DNA from: Podarcis bocagei
Lineage: Eukaryota
Length of the DNA: 64,000 nucleotides
Assembly: GCA_964188305.1 (NCBI GenBank)
Contig: OZ076890.1
Reading direction: 5' to 3' (one strand)
In this document: one piece after another, positions 1-12,428 of the stretch
Numbering within the stretch: position 1 is the first letter of the stretch
Layout: every line of letters begins with the position of its first letter
Position numbers and translations under genes: made by a program
The notes under the pieces: model-generated
Told to the model about the DNA's origin: nothing
Seen by the model: the letters and a program-made list of their open reading frames with translations, nothing else
The model's database searches: none

Positions 1-638
1 TGTTTTAAGACAGTCTTTGAAATGTTAAATCCCTGTCATGTTTTTTCTTCTTCTCCTGGCTGGCAGAAGGGGAATAGACACTGAAAGCAGCCAAGAACAT
101 CAGCTTGTATAGGAGCATTCCTGTTCTTTAAAAAAAAGAAATAAAAAACCCCCAGCCAGATTTGCTTCCTGTATTAAGGGACGGGAGATGGGAACACAGC
201 TGCTCTCACAGTTCAACATGAAATGACTTTTAGTGTGCAAGTTTGATTGAGCACTTGGCCTGCAAACGTATGCGAGCTTACCCAAGACGAAGCATTGAAC
301 TTCATAGTGCAGTACTTACTTCCTAGTAAAACACATAGGACTGCACACAAACCAATTCCTCAAAAGAGGTCTACAGTGGAGCTTTTATGATAGCATTCTC
401 TTGGTCTATATAATTAGACCCCAGTTCTCCTGGGATACTTGTGGATCTGTTATGGTGTTTTTTTATAAATCAGAAGGGAGGATGATTATCTCCAGTTGCC
501 AATTCAAGTTGCCTTAGCAACTTTATTTACTGATTTAAAACTTTTTGATAATTTGTGAACATTTAAAAAGCACTAGTCCCAATAGAGATGCTTGGGGGAA
601 CCCAATTAATGTTTCCTAAGTAAATAGTTTGGCTACGT

Positions 639-1354
639 CAGTGTTTCCCAAACTTTTTTGGGCAACGGCACACCTGTTTACTGAAAAAAAATCTCGCGGC
701 ACACCATCATTAAAGCCCCGCCCCGTGACGTCAGCGCGCAGCGTCACGCCGGGAGGGACGCACGAAAGTGAAAGTTTTTTCCCTCCCCCTTGCCGGGGAA
801 CCTCCAAGCTTTGGGGGTGGGAGGAGGCAGCAGAGCGAGGGACTGAGGGACGGCGGCAACTGAGGCGGCGGCGGCTGTTGTGGTGGTGGCGGCGATAGCG
901 GGCGGAGGAGGGGGCGGCGGCGGGGCTTGAGGAGCCGTCGCCGGGAGTTGCTGCAGCTCCTCGAAAGGCTTCTCTCAGCTGCGCTCAATCCGCCTCGGAG
1001 AGGATTTCCCCTCCGGTCCCATGCGTTCGTTTGGGGCATCGCTCCGGCTGCTCCCTCTCCCGCCGCGCAGGAGCGATGCCTCTCTCTGGCTCTCCCTCCG
1101 CGCAGGCTGAGGGAGGGAGGGAGGTGCGCATGTGACCCGTCTCTGCTGGGAGACCAAACCCAGCGAGGCAGAGTCGCGCGGAGGCGCCCAGGCAGCGCTG
1201 CCGGCTGCGAGGAGGAGCGCCAGGCAGCAGCAGGAGGCGCGGCCTCTCCTCGCCGCCGCCCGACTCGCCCGCCTCCCTCCAGGCATCTCGCGGCACACGA
1301 GGCAACGTCTCACGGCACACTCGTGTGCCGCGGAACACCGGTTGGGAAACACTG
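639..1354. mobile_element. Non-autonomous hAT DNA transposon with GC/CpG-rich cargo (Pack-hAT-like, copy 1)
   Basis: TIR CAGTGTTTCCCAA...TTGGGAAACACTG; perfect 8-bp TSD GGCTACGT (631-638 and 1355-1362); subterminal GGCACAC repeats; arms 639-759 and 1286-1354 match those of 59952-61394; no transposase ORF. Confidence 0.92.
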
Positions 1355-2746
1355 GGCTACGTTTGCAGGGGCTTTCTGCCAGAATTGCAGTTCTTAAGGC
1401 AAGTCAGACACTTGGAGAGAGAAAACTATCAGCGCCGCAGTGTGACTGCATAGAAGCCACAAAAAAGGAAAAGGGGGTTGCTTAATTATAGTGGTTGCTT
1501 TTACAATTGGTCTTCTGTGCAATCACACATCCCACCCCCAATTTTCATAGCAGGATATTGTGGACCAAAACAATAAATAAAACCCTTATGGTGGTCACGA
1601 TAGTCTACATACTGCTGGACTTGCACTTTTGGAAGAATACCCAAGGCAACTCTTGAAAAGTAGAAACCTTTCTAGAAAGGACCACCCAAAGAAACAACAG
1701 CTATACTGGTGAACAACCCTGTTCTGTTTAAGTATGCTTATACAAGCCAATCTCACTTTTGTAACTGGAGTTTAGATTTAGCAAATATTTATTTCTCTTC
1801 GCTGCCACCACCTGTAGCTACCTTTTATTCACATGACTTAAAACGCTGAAGTATCCCCTGCCTGCAGTCTGGTTTGCTGTATATCTATGGTATGTTTTAT
1901 ATGGTCAGATACTCAAATAATTCACCCAGGCCAACCCCTACTTGTTGCATAGGGGTGCTTATATCAGTGGAGCTTGTGAAGCCTGTGTTGCTAAACTTTG
2001 GCTAAGGAACAAAGAATAGTTGCTGTGATAGCATGCCAAACCATTAAATTGCAAGTGTCAACTTGCCGGCAGATATTCCGAGGTACTCTTGTTTCCGCCC
2101 TCACAACACAGTAGGGTGTGGTGTTCCAAACTAGGTCAACGAATACCTAGGAATGTGGAACTGACTGTTTAATTAGGGCTATCTTTTCATTCTTTAGTTC
2201 TTAAATGTTCTGCGGCTCAGCAGTTGTGTTACATAATGGAAGCAAATTCTAACACTGCATGATTGTACAGTTGGCATGCAGTTCTAAGTATCTCAGACAA
2301 TGAGAGGTACCAAATAAAGCACAGCTGAGACTTAACAAAACCAACCTTTGCTGGGGTTTTTTAATCAGCCTACATGGAAACATCTTTATCATGTATGAGC
2401 ACCCATAAGCCTAGAATCAGGATTTGTTTTAAAAATTGTGGTCAGGAGCTTCACTTTGGAAAAATCTCAGAATGGCAAGGAAACAATAGGTTTTTTTCCT
2501 GGTTATTAGACTTGTTTCATGACCTTCTCTCATCTTCGATGGTGTACTTTCCAGACCTGTGAATATTCACATTTCCCAATACCTAATTCCTAGATTAAGT
2601 CATCCTAAACTATTACAACTTTTGCACCATCTTCCCAGCTCTGTTTGGTCCACCTACCCCAGAGGCAACAAAGGGATGTTTTGGCCATGGGACAATCAAA
2701 TGATAGGCATTTTCTGGCCAGCAGACATTTCATCTTCATGATACAG

Positions 2747-3323
2747 TGTGATGTGCCGAACAGTGGAGTTTGGTCTTCTGACCTCTACAGACATCTCCAT
2801 CTCCTTATCCAAGTGCTTCTCTAGCAAACTTAGTTGTTGACAATATAAATGGCCCAGAGAACAGGAAAGGTAAGCAGTGGAATAGGACATGTTGATATCT
2901 GTGACTCAGGATTGGAGCTGGAGCTGTTCTCCCCACAAATGAGGCTTATCTCCTCACCGCCAACCCTTCATTCTGATCACCAGCTACATCATTGTTCACC
3001 CCTGAATATTCTCAAACTTCTTCCTTCTCTTGAGCAAACCCTTTTTCTGTGAGAGACCACTGTTGCTAAAACTTCCTAGCAGACTCTGGGCTTTCCACTG
3101 GTCTGTTGCCTTAATCTTGAAGCTGGTCGAGGGAGGGCTTGACCGTAGAGGTTATTGTAGTGATTGTGGGTGGTGAGTGGCTGGTGAGGTGCCCTTGACA
3201 GTCTTTCTGGATGTCTTAGGACTCTAGCAGGTTCTTCCAGTTGTACTGGGATTCTCTCTGGAGTCCCATGCCTCATCCTCAGAGGAGGTCTCCCAGGGTC
3301 CCTGGACAGATAGTTTCCTAACA
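2747..3323 (-). mobile_element. Probable degraded solo LTR, related to 30208-30924
   Basis: Minus strand begins TGTT and ends ACA; shares a GAGACCTCCTC...GGGAC...GAAGAACC block with the element near 30.9 kb; no TSD seen; boundaries approximate. Confidence 0.35.
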
Positions 3324-4689
3324 ATTGATGGCTAAGTCTACAACACAGCAGTTAGATATTTGGTTGAAGCTAGTTACTGGGAGCATGTCACTTCCCTTTT
3401 GCAACAGCCTTGTTTGCTTCTGGCCTAACTCAAAATATGCTTCAACGCGAAGGTCCTTAAATTTAAACCCCTTGGTGTTTTAAGACTGGGATATCTACCA
3501 AAGAGTGTATTTTCTATGTCCCTTCAACATTTAAGTTTGATTCATTGGGGTACAGGAGGGGACTTTGTGGTTCTGCCTAGGGTGAGGAACTCCCTACCAG
3601 GATAAGTTTGCCTTCCCTTCTCTGAGATGGTTTCCTGCCATCTTGTGAAGACCTTATTTCAAAAGGCATTTGGCCTCTTGAACTGTTTGTCAGTTTTTAT
3701 ATTTCCTGGAATGCTATATTGAGCATTTTACAGAAAGCTGAGATATAAATATTTTAAATCAGTTTTGTGATTTATTTATTTTAAACTTGATATCCCTGTG
3801 TGCTTAATCTTCGGTATATTTTTTGTTGGCTGAAATTTAAATGGAAAAGCAGGGCACGAATGCTTTATAGATACATACAAATATACATACATGCACGCAT
3901 ACTTCATAATAGCCATGACCTGATGAGCTTGTATGGTTAAAATGCACTTTTAATATTCAGGAGCAATAGGATGAACAATGGTGGTTAAGCCAGAAAGTGA
4001 AGATAACGAGAAATAAATCTGGTTCAGAATTGTATAACTATTTATAGACTTTGAGGGGTGCAAGGTTTTACTGTACAGATTTTTAGAATGGGGTTTTAGT
4101 CAAGAAACTCATTTTTATTACAACTCTAATCTGCTCTTTGTTCTTTTAATTTGAATTGAAGAATAATAGTTCAATAATCCCAGGATCTAGGGTCTGGATA
4201 ATTGGGTCTTTCTGAAAAATGCATAATAATGTATAATAATAACAGTTGGGTACTACAGAATATTAATGAAAATGAAGTTGCACAGATCTTTGTATACAAT
4301 GAAGGATGACGCCCCTTCTCTGGTTTAGAACACAATTAGAGTAGATGAATAATTAAACAAAATGTAGGGCCCAACATCAACATTACTTTGCTTGGTGTCT
4401 GTTTCAAATAGTTTCACTATGAAGCATAATTCATTAATGGGCTAGTCAGTGAATTGCTGAATTAGGTGGTGACTTCAAATACAGGTACTTAGCACTTTTT
4501 GTAAATATTGCTCTCTCCTTGCAAAATATGCTCCCCTTTTGGCAATTTTTCATTGGGCCATTTTCTGGCGTATTTCTGATGTAAGTGCGTATCCCAACAT
4601 AAATTTGGGCAGCCCACATGTGGCATTTTGTCTTCCTTGTGAGACTCTTTGCTGTTAATGCCAAGGTTGCATGTTTGATCCTTGTATTG

Positions 4690-4757
4690 GACAGCTGCAT
4701 ATTCCTGAATTGCATGATCCCCAGAGTCCCTTCCAACTCTACAGTACTATGATTCTA
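4690..4757 (+). mobile_element. CR1-type LINE 3' tail
   Basis: GTCCCTTCCAACTCT followed by a CTATGATT tail repeat; same end at 63300-63378. Confidence 0.6.
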
Positions 4758-4760
4758 ATA

Positions 4761-5010
4761 CAGTGGTACCTCGGAAGTCGAACGGAATCTGTTCTGGAAG
4801 TCCGTTCGACTTCCTAAACTTTCGGAAACCAAAGTGTGGTTTCTGATGGGCTGCAGGAATCTCCTGCAGCCAATCGGAAGCCAAGGAAGCAGTGTCAGAC
4901 GTTTGGGTTCCAAAGAATGTTTGCAAATCAGAACACTCACTTCCAGTTTTGCTGCGATCAGGAGCCAAAACGATTGAGTCGCAAGGCGTTTGTCAACCAA
5001 GGTACAACTG
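4761..5010. mobile_element. Tc1/mariner (Tigger/pogo-like) MITE
   Basis: TA|CAGTGGTACCTCGG...CCAAGGTACAACTG|TA; TA target duplication. Confidence 0.85.
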
Positions 5011-7055
5011 TACTATGATTTGGAATCCCTAAAAAGGTCTTTTTTCCATCAAAAACATGTCCGCTGAAGAAGAGAACATCTGATTCTGGGCCTTTATGAC
5101 TGCTTTCACTTCTCTCCTGGGAAGGAGGGACCCTCTTGAATTCCCCTAAAAAGAGGAAGCGCAACTCAAAGGCATAAGTGGAAGCATAAACCACTCTTAC
5201 AGTCAAGGGCTTTGAGGCTTTAAGCAGAAGAGGGTCAAGCGTTGCCTGTGTGCGCTTAGGCTCAGAATGGAATTGGGCAGGTGGGCAAAATACTGGCCCT
5301 TGAGATTGGCAGGAAGTATGAAGCCTTTGGACTGCCCAGGCCTTCTTCCCATGCCTGATCAAAAGAGCAGAATCCTTTGCATTTTTGTCCTTCGGGCTTC
5401 AGTTTCTCAAGCTCAAGAACATATTCTAGGGCAGGGTTGGGTAGCCCTGTAGCCTTCTTCCAACATACATCAGCCCTACTGATCAGGAATTATGGGAATC
5501 ATAGTCCAGCAACTTCTGCTCTAGGCGAGTTTTGGGTATGGTTGTATCCATTGATCTGGCCCAGTCCTGACATCTGTATCCTCTCAGCTGTTTGCATCAA
5601 ACATAAAGCCGTTCTACATATCTGCTTTTCAAAATGTTGTCTTTATAGCACTGATGTTGCTAAGCTTCTGTAAAACTGAGTTAATCATTACTTCCTTTAT
5701 TATGTATTAGGACATCTAAGGATGGAAAATGTTGCATAATTGCTATGTTGACATAACCATTTATTTGTACATCTTTGAGCAAATAGGTTCTCTGCCCTAT
5801 TCAAGCTCATTGCAACAGGCAGATGATTGTGAAGAAAACCCCAGTAGTTTTTATAGACCAACATTACGGGTTTTTGCTTTATATGTGCAATTATGTGTCT
5901 CTAAAATAAAATATAGTTTTAATGTATTATTTAACAGTATTCGTATGTCACCTAATAAAGTTCTCTAGGTAACAACAAAACATTAAAAGTGGTTGCATTG
6001 AAAATGTGTATGTCTGATGACAAAATGGGAGAATGTATGGGAGACAATTTTGGGGCTGGAGTTTCCTGTGGAGGGGAGTTTGCCCACTTAGCTGTTCTGC
6101 TGATAGATACTGTCCATCAGTGGACCTACACCAAATGGATTCCAAGTCAAAACAGTTACAATACTCTTGCAATGCAATCCTATACTCAATTTCAACGGAG
6201 TTCAACGGGACTTACTCCCTGGTAAGCGAGTATAGCATTACAGCCTCATATAAAATATGAAATGCATCTCAAATACAGTTGATTGTGAGTATTTGTTAGG
6301 ATTTTGCTAATACACTTATACATTTGCAAATTATTGGTATTTAAGTAGTCCTGTGAATGTAAACATATTCGTGTTATTATTTTCATGTGTGTAATGCCTG
6401 TTTGCGAGACACAATAAATTGAACTGAACTGAACTGAACCAAAGTAGCAGGTAATGTCACTGGAAAATTGTTTTAAGGAGATTTTAGTCTGCAGTTGGAG
6501 CGTGCTGCAACTAAATTCTTACCCAGCACAGAAACATATCAGCATGAAATGCCTTAGGGCTCTGGCTGGCTCTTCAGATAGTATTTTCAGGACGATCTCC
6601 AGTTAACGTCTATCTAGATTCTTTCACAGCTCACCATACTTTGGTGGGGTGAGGAGGGACATTTTGGTATCCATGTTCATGTTTTCAGAAGGAAGGATGT
6701 GAGGTTAGGAAATACATGCATTAAGCAAACCTTCGCCAACCTGGTGCCCTGCAGATGTTGGTCACTGCTGGCTAGGGATGATGCGAGTTGTAGTTCAAAA
6801 CATTTGGAGGTTATCAGGTTGGGGGAGCCTGCACCCTGAAAGGGGTTATAGGCACTATTCTAGAGGCAAGGTTCTCTGCAGTAAACATTTGTGAAAGAAG
6901 TTGCTTACCGAAATGTTTTCCACTGATGATTATTTTACTTGAATAAAAATTGGTTAAGTTCTTATGACAAGTTTTCCTTCTTCTGAATAGAATTTTTTAT
7001 GTATCTTGTAAGTCTCTTTAGTTGGGTTTTGTTTACAGTAGTGGTCATATTGAAA

Positions 7056-7270
7056 GCCAGTATTGTGTAGTGGTTAGAGTGTTCGATTAGGACTTGGGAG
7101 ACCAGAGTTTAAACCCTCACTCATCCATGAAGTTCACTGCGTGACGCCATTGCCTCTCAACCTAACCTAATTCACAGGGCTGTTTTGAGGATGAAATGAG
7201 GACAGGGGAAACCATGCACACCACCCTGAGCTCTTTGGAGGAAAGGTGGGATGTAAATGTAACAATAAAT
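7056..7270 (+). mobile_element. tRNA-derived SINE (MIR/Squam-like)
   Basis: A-box-like TGTGTAGTGGTTAGAG, B-box-like GAGTTTAAACCC, core CACAGGGCTGTTTTGAGGAT, AATAAATA tail. Confidence 0.75.
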
Positions 7271-7854
7271 AGATATTGAAAGCAGTGTTTGAAATTGTAC
7301 CTGGCTATTGGCCACTTGAACCAAGTGAAGCTGCCAAGATGGCGCCTGGTGTCTCCACCATCTGGAGGTGTAGGCCTGGGGATACTTGGGTCTTGACTTT
7401 TTTCATACACTAAAACAATGAACAGGGTGGTGAAACAATGACTACTGCAATCATAACATAACCATAACATAATCATATGTTATGCAATCATAAGATAAAA
7501 ACACAACATAATATCACCAAAGCAACTATCTGTAAACAAACAATCAACGTCCATAAAAATGGCAAAAGTAGTTGCTTTCCAATATAGTTTTTTTTCTTAA
7601 ATTATTGCAAAAGCAGTAATAAAGAGTCCACTTGTTATATACCAGTGGTTCAGTGCTCGGACGCCATTTTGTCACCAAAGAGCTTCGTCATCGAGCTTTG
7701 TAGTAAATAATGTACAAGAGACGACAGTATGTAAATGACTTGAAGCAGGGTTATATCTGTCTCCATCTGCATGTTCCCATTGGGAGGAGCGTAGAAAGAG
7801 GATGATGTCCTTCAGTTTGTTAAACTTTACATACTGCCTTCTCTAAGCTTAAAG

Positions 7855-8320
7855 CAATAGTTTTCAGCTAGTGTGCCGTGGCACCCTGAGGTGCCTTGAA
7901 TGGTGGCCGTGGGCAACACTGGCTTCTGTGTTTCCTTCACTCCTCTTGTGTTTCTGCCTCCCAAAGGCTTGTGCAGCTGTTTGTTGCAGCAGCTCTGGCT
8001 ACAGGCTCCCCAGACGAATGGTACCTCTGGGGCTGACCAGGAGGTGCTTCCCAGGCCCCTTTGGGGCAATGTGAGGAGGCACTTCTCAGCTCAGAGACTG
8101 GGGTGGCAGCAGTGGCTGCCCGGAGGACTCCCAGGGAGATGGGAGAGCAGAGGAGGTTGAGGGAACATTTCACAAGGGAGAAAGTTTGAAAAGCAGTGAG
8201 GGACTGCCAGCTCTGTAGGCAAGGAGTGAAATAACTGGACTCCTGAGGCCCACAGGGGTGCCGCAGAAAGAATGTAGTTGGTCAAGGGAGCCGGGGGCCC
8301 AAAAAAGTTGAAAACCTCTG
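7855..8320. mobile_element. Older non-autonomous hAT element
   Basis: Imperfect TIR CAATAGTTTTCAGC / GTTGAAAACCTCTG; TSD GCTTAAAG / ACTTAAAG (7 of 8 match); subterminal GTGCCG motifs. Confidence 0.75.
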
Positions 8321-8353
8321 ACTTAAAGTATTCTAAACTCAGTAAACTCAGTA

Positions 8354-8578
8354 CAGTGGTACCCCGGGTTACATACGCTTCAGGTTACAGACTCCACTAA
8401 CCCAGAAATAATACTCAGGTTAAGAACTTTGCTTCAGGATGAGAACAGAAATTGTGATCCGTTGGTGCGGCGGCAGCAGGAGGCCCCATTAGCTAAAGTA
8501 GTGCTTCAGGTTAAGAACAGTTTCAGGTTAAGAACAAACCTCCAGAACGAATTAAGTTCTTAACCCAAGGTAGCACTG
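8354..8578 (+). mobile_element. Tigger/pogo-like MITE, family A copy 1
   Basis: TA|CAGTGGTACC...GTAGCACTG|TA; internal CAGGTTA repeats; close match to copies at 24959, 39778, 43094 and 62408. Confidence 0.9.
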
Positions 8579-10689
8579 TACTTCTGATGAACACGAGGAT
8601 GTGAGGCTCAATAGACTCAACTTGCCCCAACTGAGCTTTTCACTTGCTTTTCTGGGGCTGTTTCCAACTTTTGCAACTGCAGAAGAAGTGAGTTGTAGGT
8701 AGCACAGTGCTTGAAGAGAGGGGATGTCAGTAAAATGCCTAGGAAAGTCCCTGTTTCCTGTGCTATGCTATCCTTTCCCTGCCACCAACACAATGATCTG
8801 GTTTAAATGCCATGGTAAACCATCATTTTAGTATGAAGCTGCAGTGAGTCTCAGGTTCTCCCACCCACCCTTTCTTCATCAAATTGTGGGGAGGAGTTTG
8901 GAAGATTTTGTTTACAGCTTAGGTTACTGCTGTTTGTTATATTGTCTGAATCTGACAAACGAAGTTTGAAATAAACCATCATGGATTACGAGGCAGATTT
9001 ATTTAACCACACCATAGATAACAAACCACAGTTTAGGGTTCTGACGAGATGCTAGACTGTGATTAATGGAAATTGGATATGAAAGCGTTCAATGACCACA
9101 GAAAAAGAGAGGGGAGAAGATTGTGTGGCTTGCTATTAATACACTATGATGCGCAGCATTGTGTTTGAATGGGGCCAATGAGTCACCTTTGCCCATCTTC
9201 AGAGCCCCTGCCATGAAGTATTGATGGAAGCAGTGGGAGCATTACAGACCACGAGTGGGATTGAGAAGCTAGGGCTTATGATTCAGCTCAACACTAGCTT
9301 GTCATAGATGAATTGGCAGGAGCACTCCCCCCGCCCCCCGGTATAAATAGTAGCCATTGTCATCAGAATGAAAGGAAAGCAGCTGTTCAGAGCAAACGTG
9401 GAGAGTAGTTGAAGGATGACATAGCAGGACTACTGAACTGTTGTCCTCTCCAAAATAAAATTGAATCCATGCAGCCACATGGTTCAGCCTCTGCACATGA
9501 ATACTTGATTCATACAGCTCTTTTGTGTTTGGAAAGCACTTGCAGGACAGTGGAATGCACCATGCACCATAGATGTTATTAACTCCAGCAATTCATGCAA
9601 CATGGATGTTATTAATTCCAGCCAATTTTTACCAGGGCACAAACCATCATTTAACTTTTGTATCCTATAATCAAGTTTTCAGTTGTTGAGCATACAGATT
9701 TAATGCAACCAGAATCTGCTTCCCATCCTTGCTAAGTTCAGTATTATGTATTTGCAGCTAGAACTGAGAAATGGTATGCAGTGCTGGAAGCCAAAGTAAA
9801 ATGATTTGCCCAAGCTCTGTATTTGCAGCCAGTGAGTTGGTTTTCACAAAACATTAAACCATAATTTAAAATAAGCTATGGTTTAACGCACACGGGTGCT
9901 TGGCTCTTTCACCATTGGACCCGCTATTGGTCTCATCTGCCCAATCCACCAGAGCCTATCTTCACATGCAGGGAAGGTCCCTACTTCACTGAGGGTTTGA
10001 GACCCATCGGCTACCCTGACCTGGTTTAGCTGGCCAGTTGAAGCTGTTTCCTTTGGTATGGCCACTGTCTCATGCTGACAGTGTCTAGGAGCCACAAGTG
10101 AGAGCTGAGTGCAGGGTGGGAACCAAAGGTGGACAAACTACCCCATAAGGAGTATATAAGTCATATCTGTGCTCAAGGCTTCTTTCAGTTTCTACACTTA
10201 AAAAGGGCACTACTGCTTTGCCCAGGTGTAACTCCAAACCATGGTGCCATGAAAGCACACTGTGGCTTTTTATTCTTCCAACTCCCCTCCCTCCCTTCTT
10301 GCACAGTGATGAGAAACTAGGGGAGACTAAGATTCCACAAACTGAGACCAGAAGATTCCTACCTCTCTGTGCAAGAGGGAAGAAGGGGTATATGACTGCG
10401 TCAGGACTCATACCTGCTCATTCTCATAAAGGTAAGCCATGGTTTGTCATTACATCTGAACACAGCCAACATGATCTGTGCAACTTTCCACCTTGGCAGA
10501 AATAATGGGGAGCAATGTGAAACTCAGAACAACCTCTATGCAAAGAGTAATCTGAGCAGCCTTTTTTGATTGACGGTATCCTTGGATAATATGGTTTTGC
10601 TTCTCTTCATTCAGTTTTTAGAGTATTTTGAGTAGTTCTAATCTTGAGTAGTAGTAATAAATCTGCTTTTGTTTTTATGTTTTGAACAG

Positions 10690-10768
10690 GGTATCAAAAG
10701 AGAGAAAGCTGGCCTGAAGTGAAATTGGGGAAAGCTGGGGATTTGACAGCATCCCCTCCTCCCCCAGA
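10690..10768 (+). other. Candidate 79-nt internal exon of an unidentified host transcript
   Basis: T-rich tract ending TTTGAACAG at 10689; donor AGA|GTAAGT at 10769; one open frame (YQKRESWPEVKLGKAGDLTASPPPP); no homology recognised. Confidence 0.3.
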
Positions 10769-11165
10769 GTAAGTGAATTACTGAAATTATTTTCCTATTG
10801 TATAATTGCAATGGGCATGATCAATTGAAACCAGTGGAGCTTAAAATAGCTTAACTTTTGTTGGAATATGTCCAGTGTGTATTGTACTTGAATATGTAAA
10901 GCAATTAGTCTTATTCATTGGGAATTATAGCGTGAATTCAGGTTTAATGAAATGGAACTTTGTTGCTGTTCTGTCCAATGCACTGGGCAAATGTCCATCT
11001 TCCAAGTTATAGCCTGAATAACTTAACAGTGAGTTGAATTAAATGTAATTGCAAACCATTGTTTGGTGTTATATGGAAGAGCTCCTGGACTCCCCTCACA
11101 AACTGCAAACTATGGTTTTCACAAACCCTCTAAACCAGGATGGCAAACTGCACGGTTTGACATTA

Positions 11166-12428
11166 CAGTGGTGCCTCGCAAGACGAAATTAATTCATTCC
11201 GCAAGTCTCTTCGTCTTGCGGTTTTTTCGTCTTGCGATGCACGGTTTCCCATAGGAATGCATTGAAAATCAATTAATGCGTTCCTAGGGAAACCGCTTGC
11301 CAGGCTGGCGGTGCGGAGAAGGGCTTTTCTCCGCACCGCAAGCCTTCAGGACAGGTACGAGAACAGAGGGGAAGGCGCGCAGCGCTTTCCCTCTGTTCCC
11401 GGGGCTTGCGTGGGAGGAGGGTTTTTCCTCCCCGCCGCCAACATTCAGAACAGCATTCTGAATGTTGGCGGTGGGAAGGAAAACCCTCCTCCCACCCCAA
11501 GTCTTCAGGAAAGCCATCCGATGCCGCGCGGTGGGAGGAGGCGTCCCCCCCCCCGCCCGGCATCGGAGCTTCGTTCCGATGCCGCGCGCCGGGAGGAGGC
11601 GTTCCCCCCCCGCCCGGCACCGGAGTTTCGTTCCGATGCCGCGCGCCGGGAGGAGGCGTTCCCCCCCCGCCCGGCATCGGAGCTTCGTTCCGATGCCGCG
11701 CGGGGGGGGGAGGAGGCGTTCCCCCCCCGCCCGGCATCGGAGCTTCGTTCCGATGCCGCGCGCTGGGAGGAGGCGTTCCCCCCCCGCCCGGCATCGGAGC
11801 TTCGTTCCGATGCCGTGCGGGGGGGGAGGAGGCGTTCCCCCCCCGCCCGGCATCGGAGCTTCGTTCCGATGCCGTGCGGGGGGGGAGGAGGCGTTCCCCC
11901 CCCCGCCCGGCATCGGAGCTTTGTTCCGATGCCGCGCACCGGGAGGAGGCGTTCCCCCCCCGCCCGGCATCGGAGCTTCGTTCCGATGCCGCGCGGGGGG
12001 GGGGGGAGGAGGCTTTCCCCCGCCCGGCATCGGAGCTTCGTTCCGATGCCGCGCGGGGGGGGGGAGGAGGCGTTCCCCCGCCCGGCATCGGAGCTTCGTT
12101 CCGATGCCGCGCGGGGGGGGGGGAGGAGGCGTTCTCCCCGCCCCGCCCGGCATCGGAGCTTCGTTCCGATGCTGCGCGGCGGGAGGAGGCGTCCCTCCCC
12201 GCCCGGCATCGGAGCTTCGTTCCGATGCCGCGCGGCGGGAGGAGGTCCGAGGACAGTGGGGAAGACGCGCTGCGCTTCCCCGCTGTCCCGGAGATTTCCC
12301 TATGGGCTGTCGTCTTGCGAGGCAAGCCCATAGGGAAATTCGTTTTGCGAAGCGCCTCCAAAACGGAAAACCCTTTCGTCTAGCGGGTTTTCCGTCTTGC
12401 GAGGCGTTCGTCTTGCGGGGTACCACTG
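11166..12428. mobile_element. Non-autonomous Tigger/pogo-like element with internal hairpin minisatellite
   Basis: 22-bp TIR CAGTGGTGCCTCGCAAGACGAA / TTCGTCTTGCGGGGTACCACTG (2 mismatches); TA TSD at both ends; repeated subterminal CGTCTTGCG. Confidence 0.92.
11517..12245. repeat. GC-rich tandem array, 12 units of about 56-65 bp, each with a 27-nt palindrome
   Basis: CGGCATCGGA-GCTTCGT-TCCGATGCCG starts at 11558, 11615, 11672, 11732, 11789, 11848, 11908, 11965, 12025, 12083, 12148 and 12204; linkers are G-run/GAGGAGGCGTT/C-run. Confidence 0.95.

Noticed and set aside
629-1485. ORFs or a native gene promoter at the first CpG island
   Set aside because: GC-driven spurious ORFs; the island is bounded exactly by TIRs and a TSD, so it is inserted cargo.
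11517-12245. CRISPR array
   Set aside because: The linkers are homologous to each other rather than unique spacers, there are no cas genes, the context is vertebrate, and the array is enclosed by transposon TIRs.
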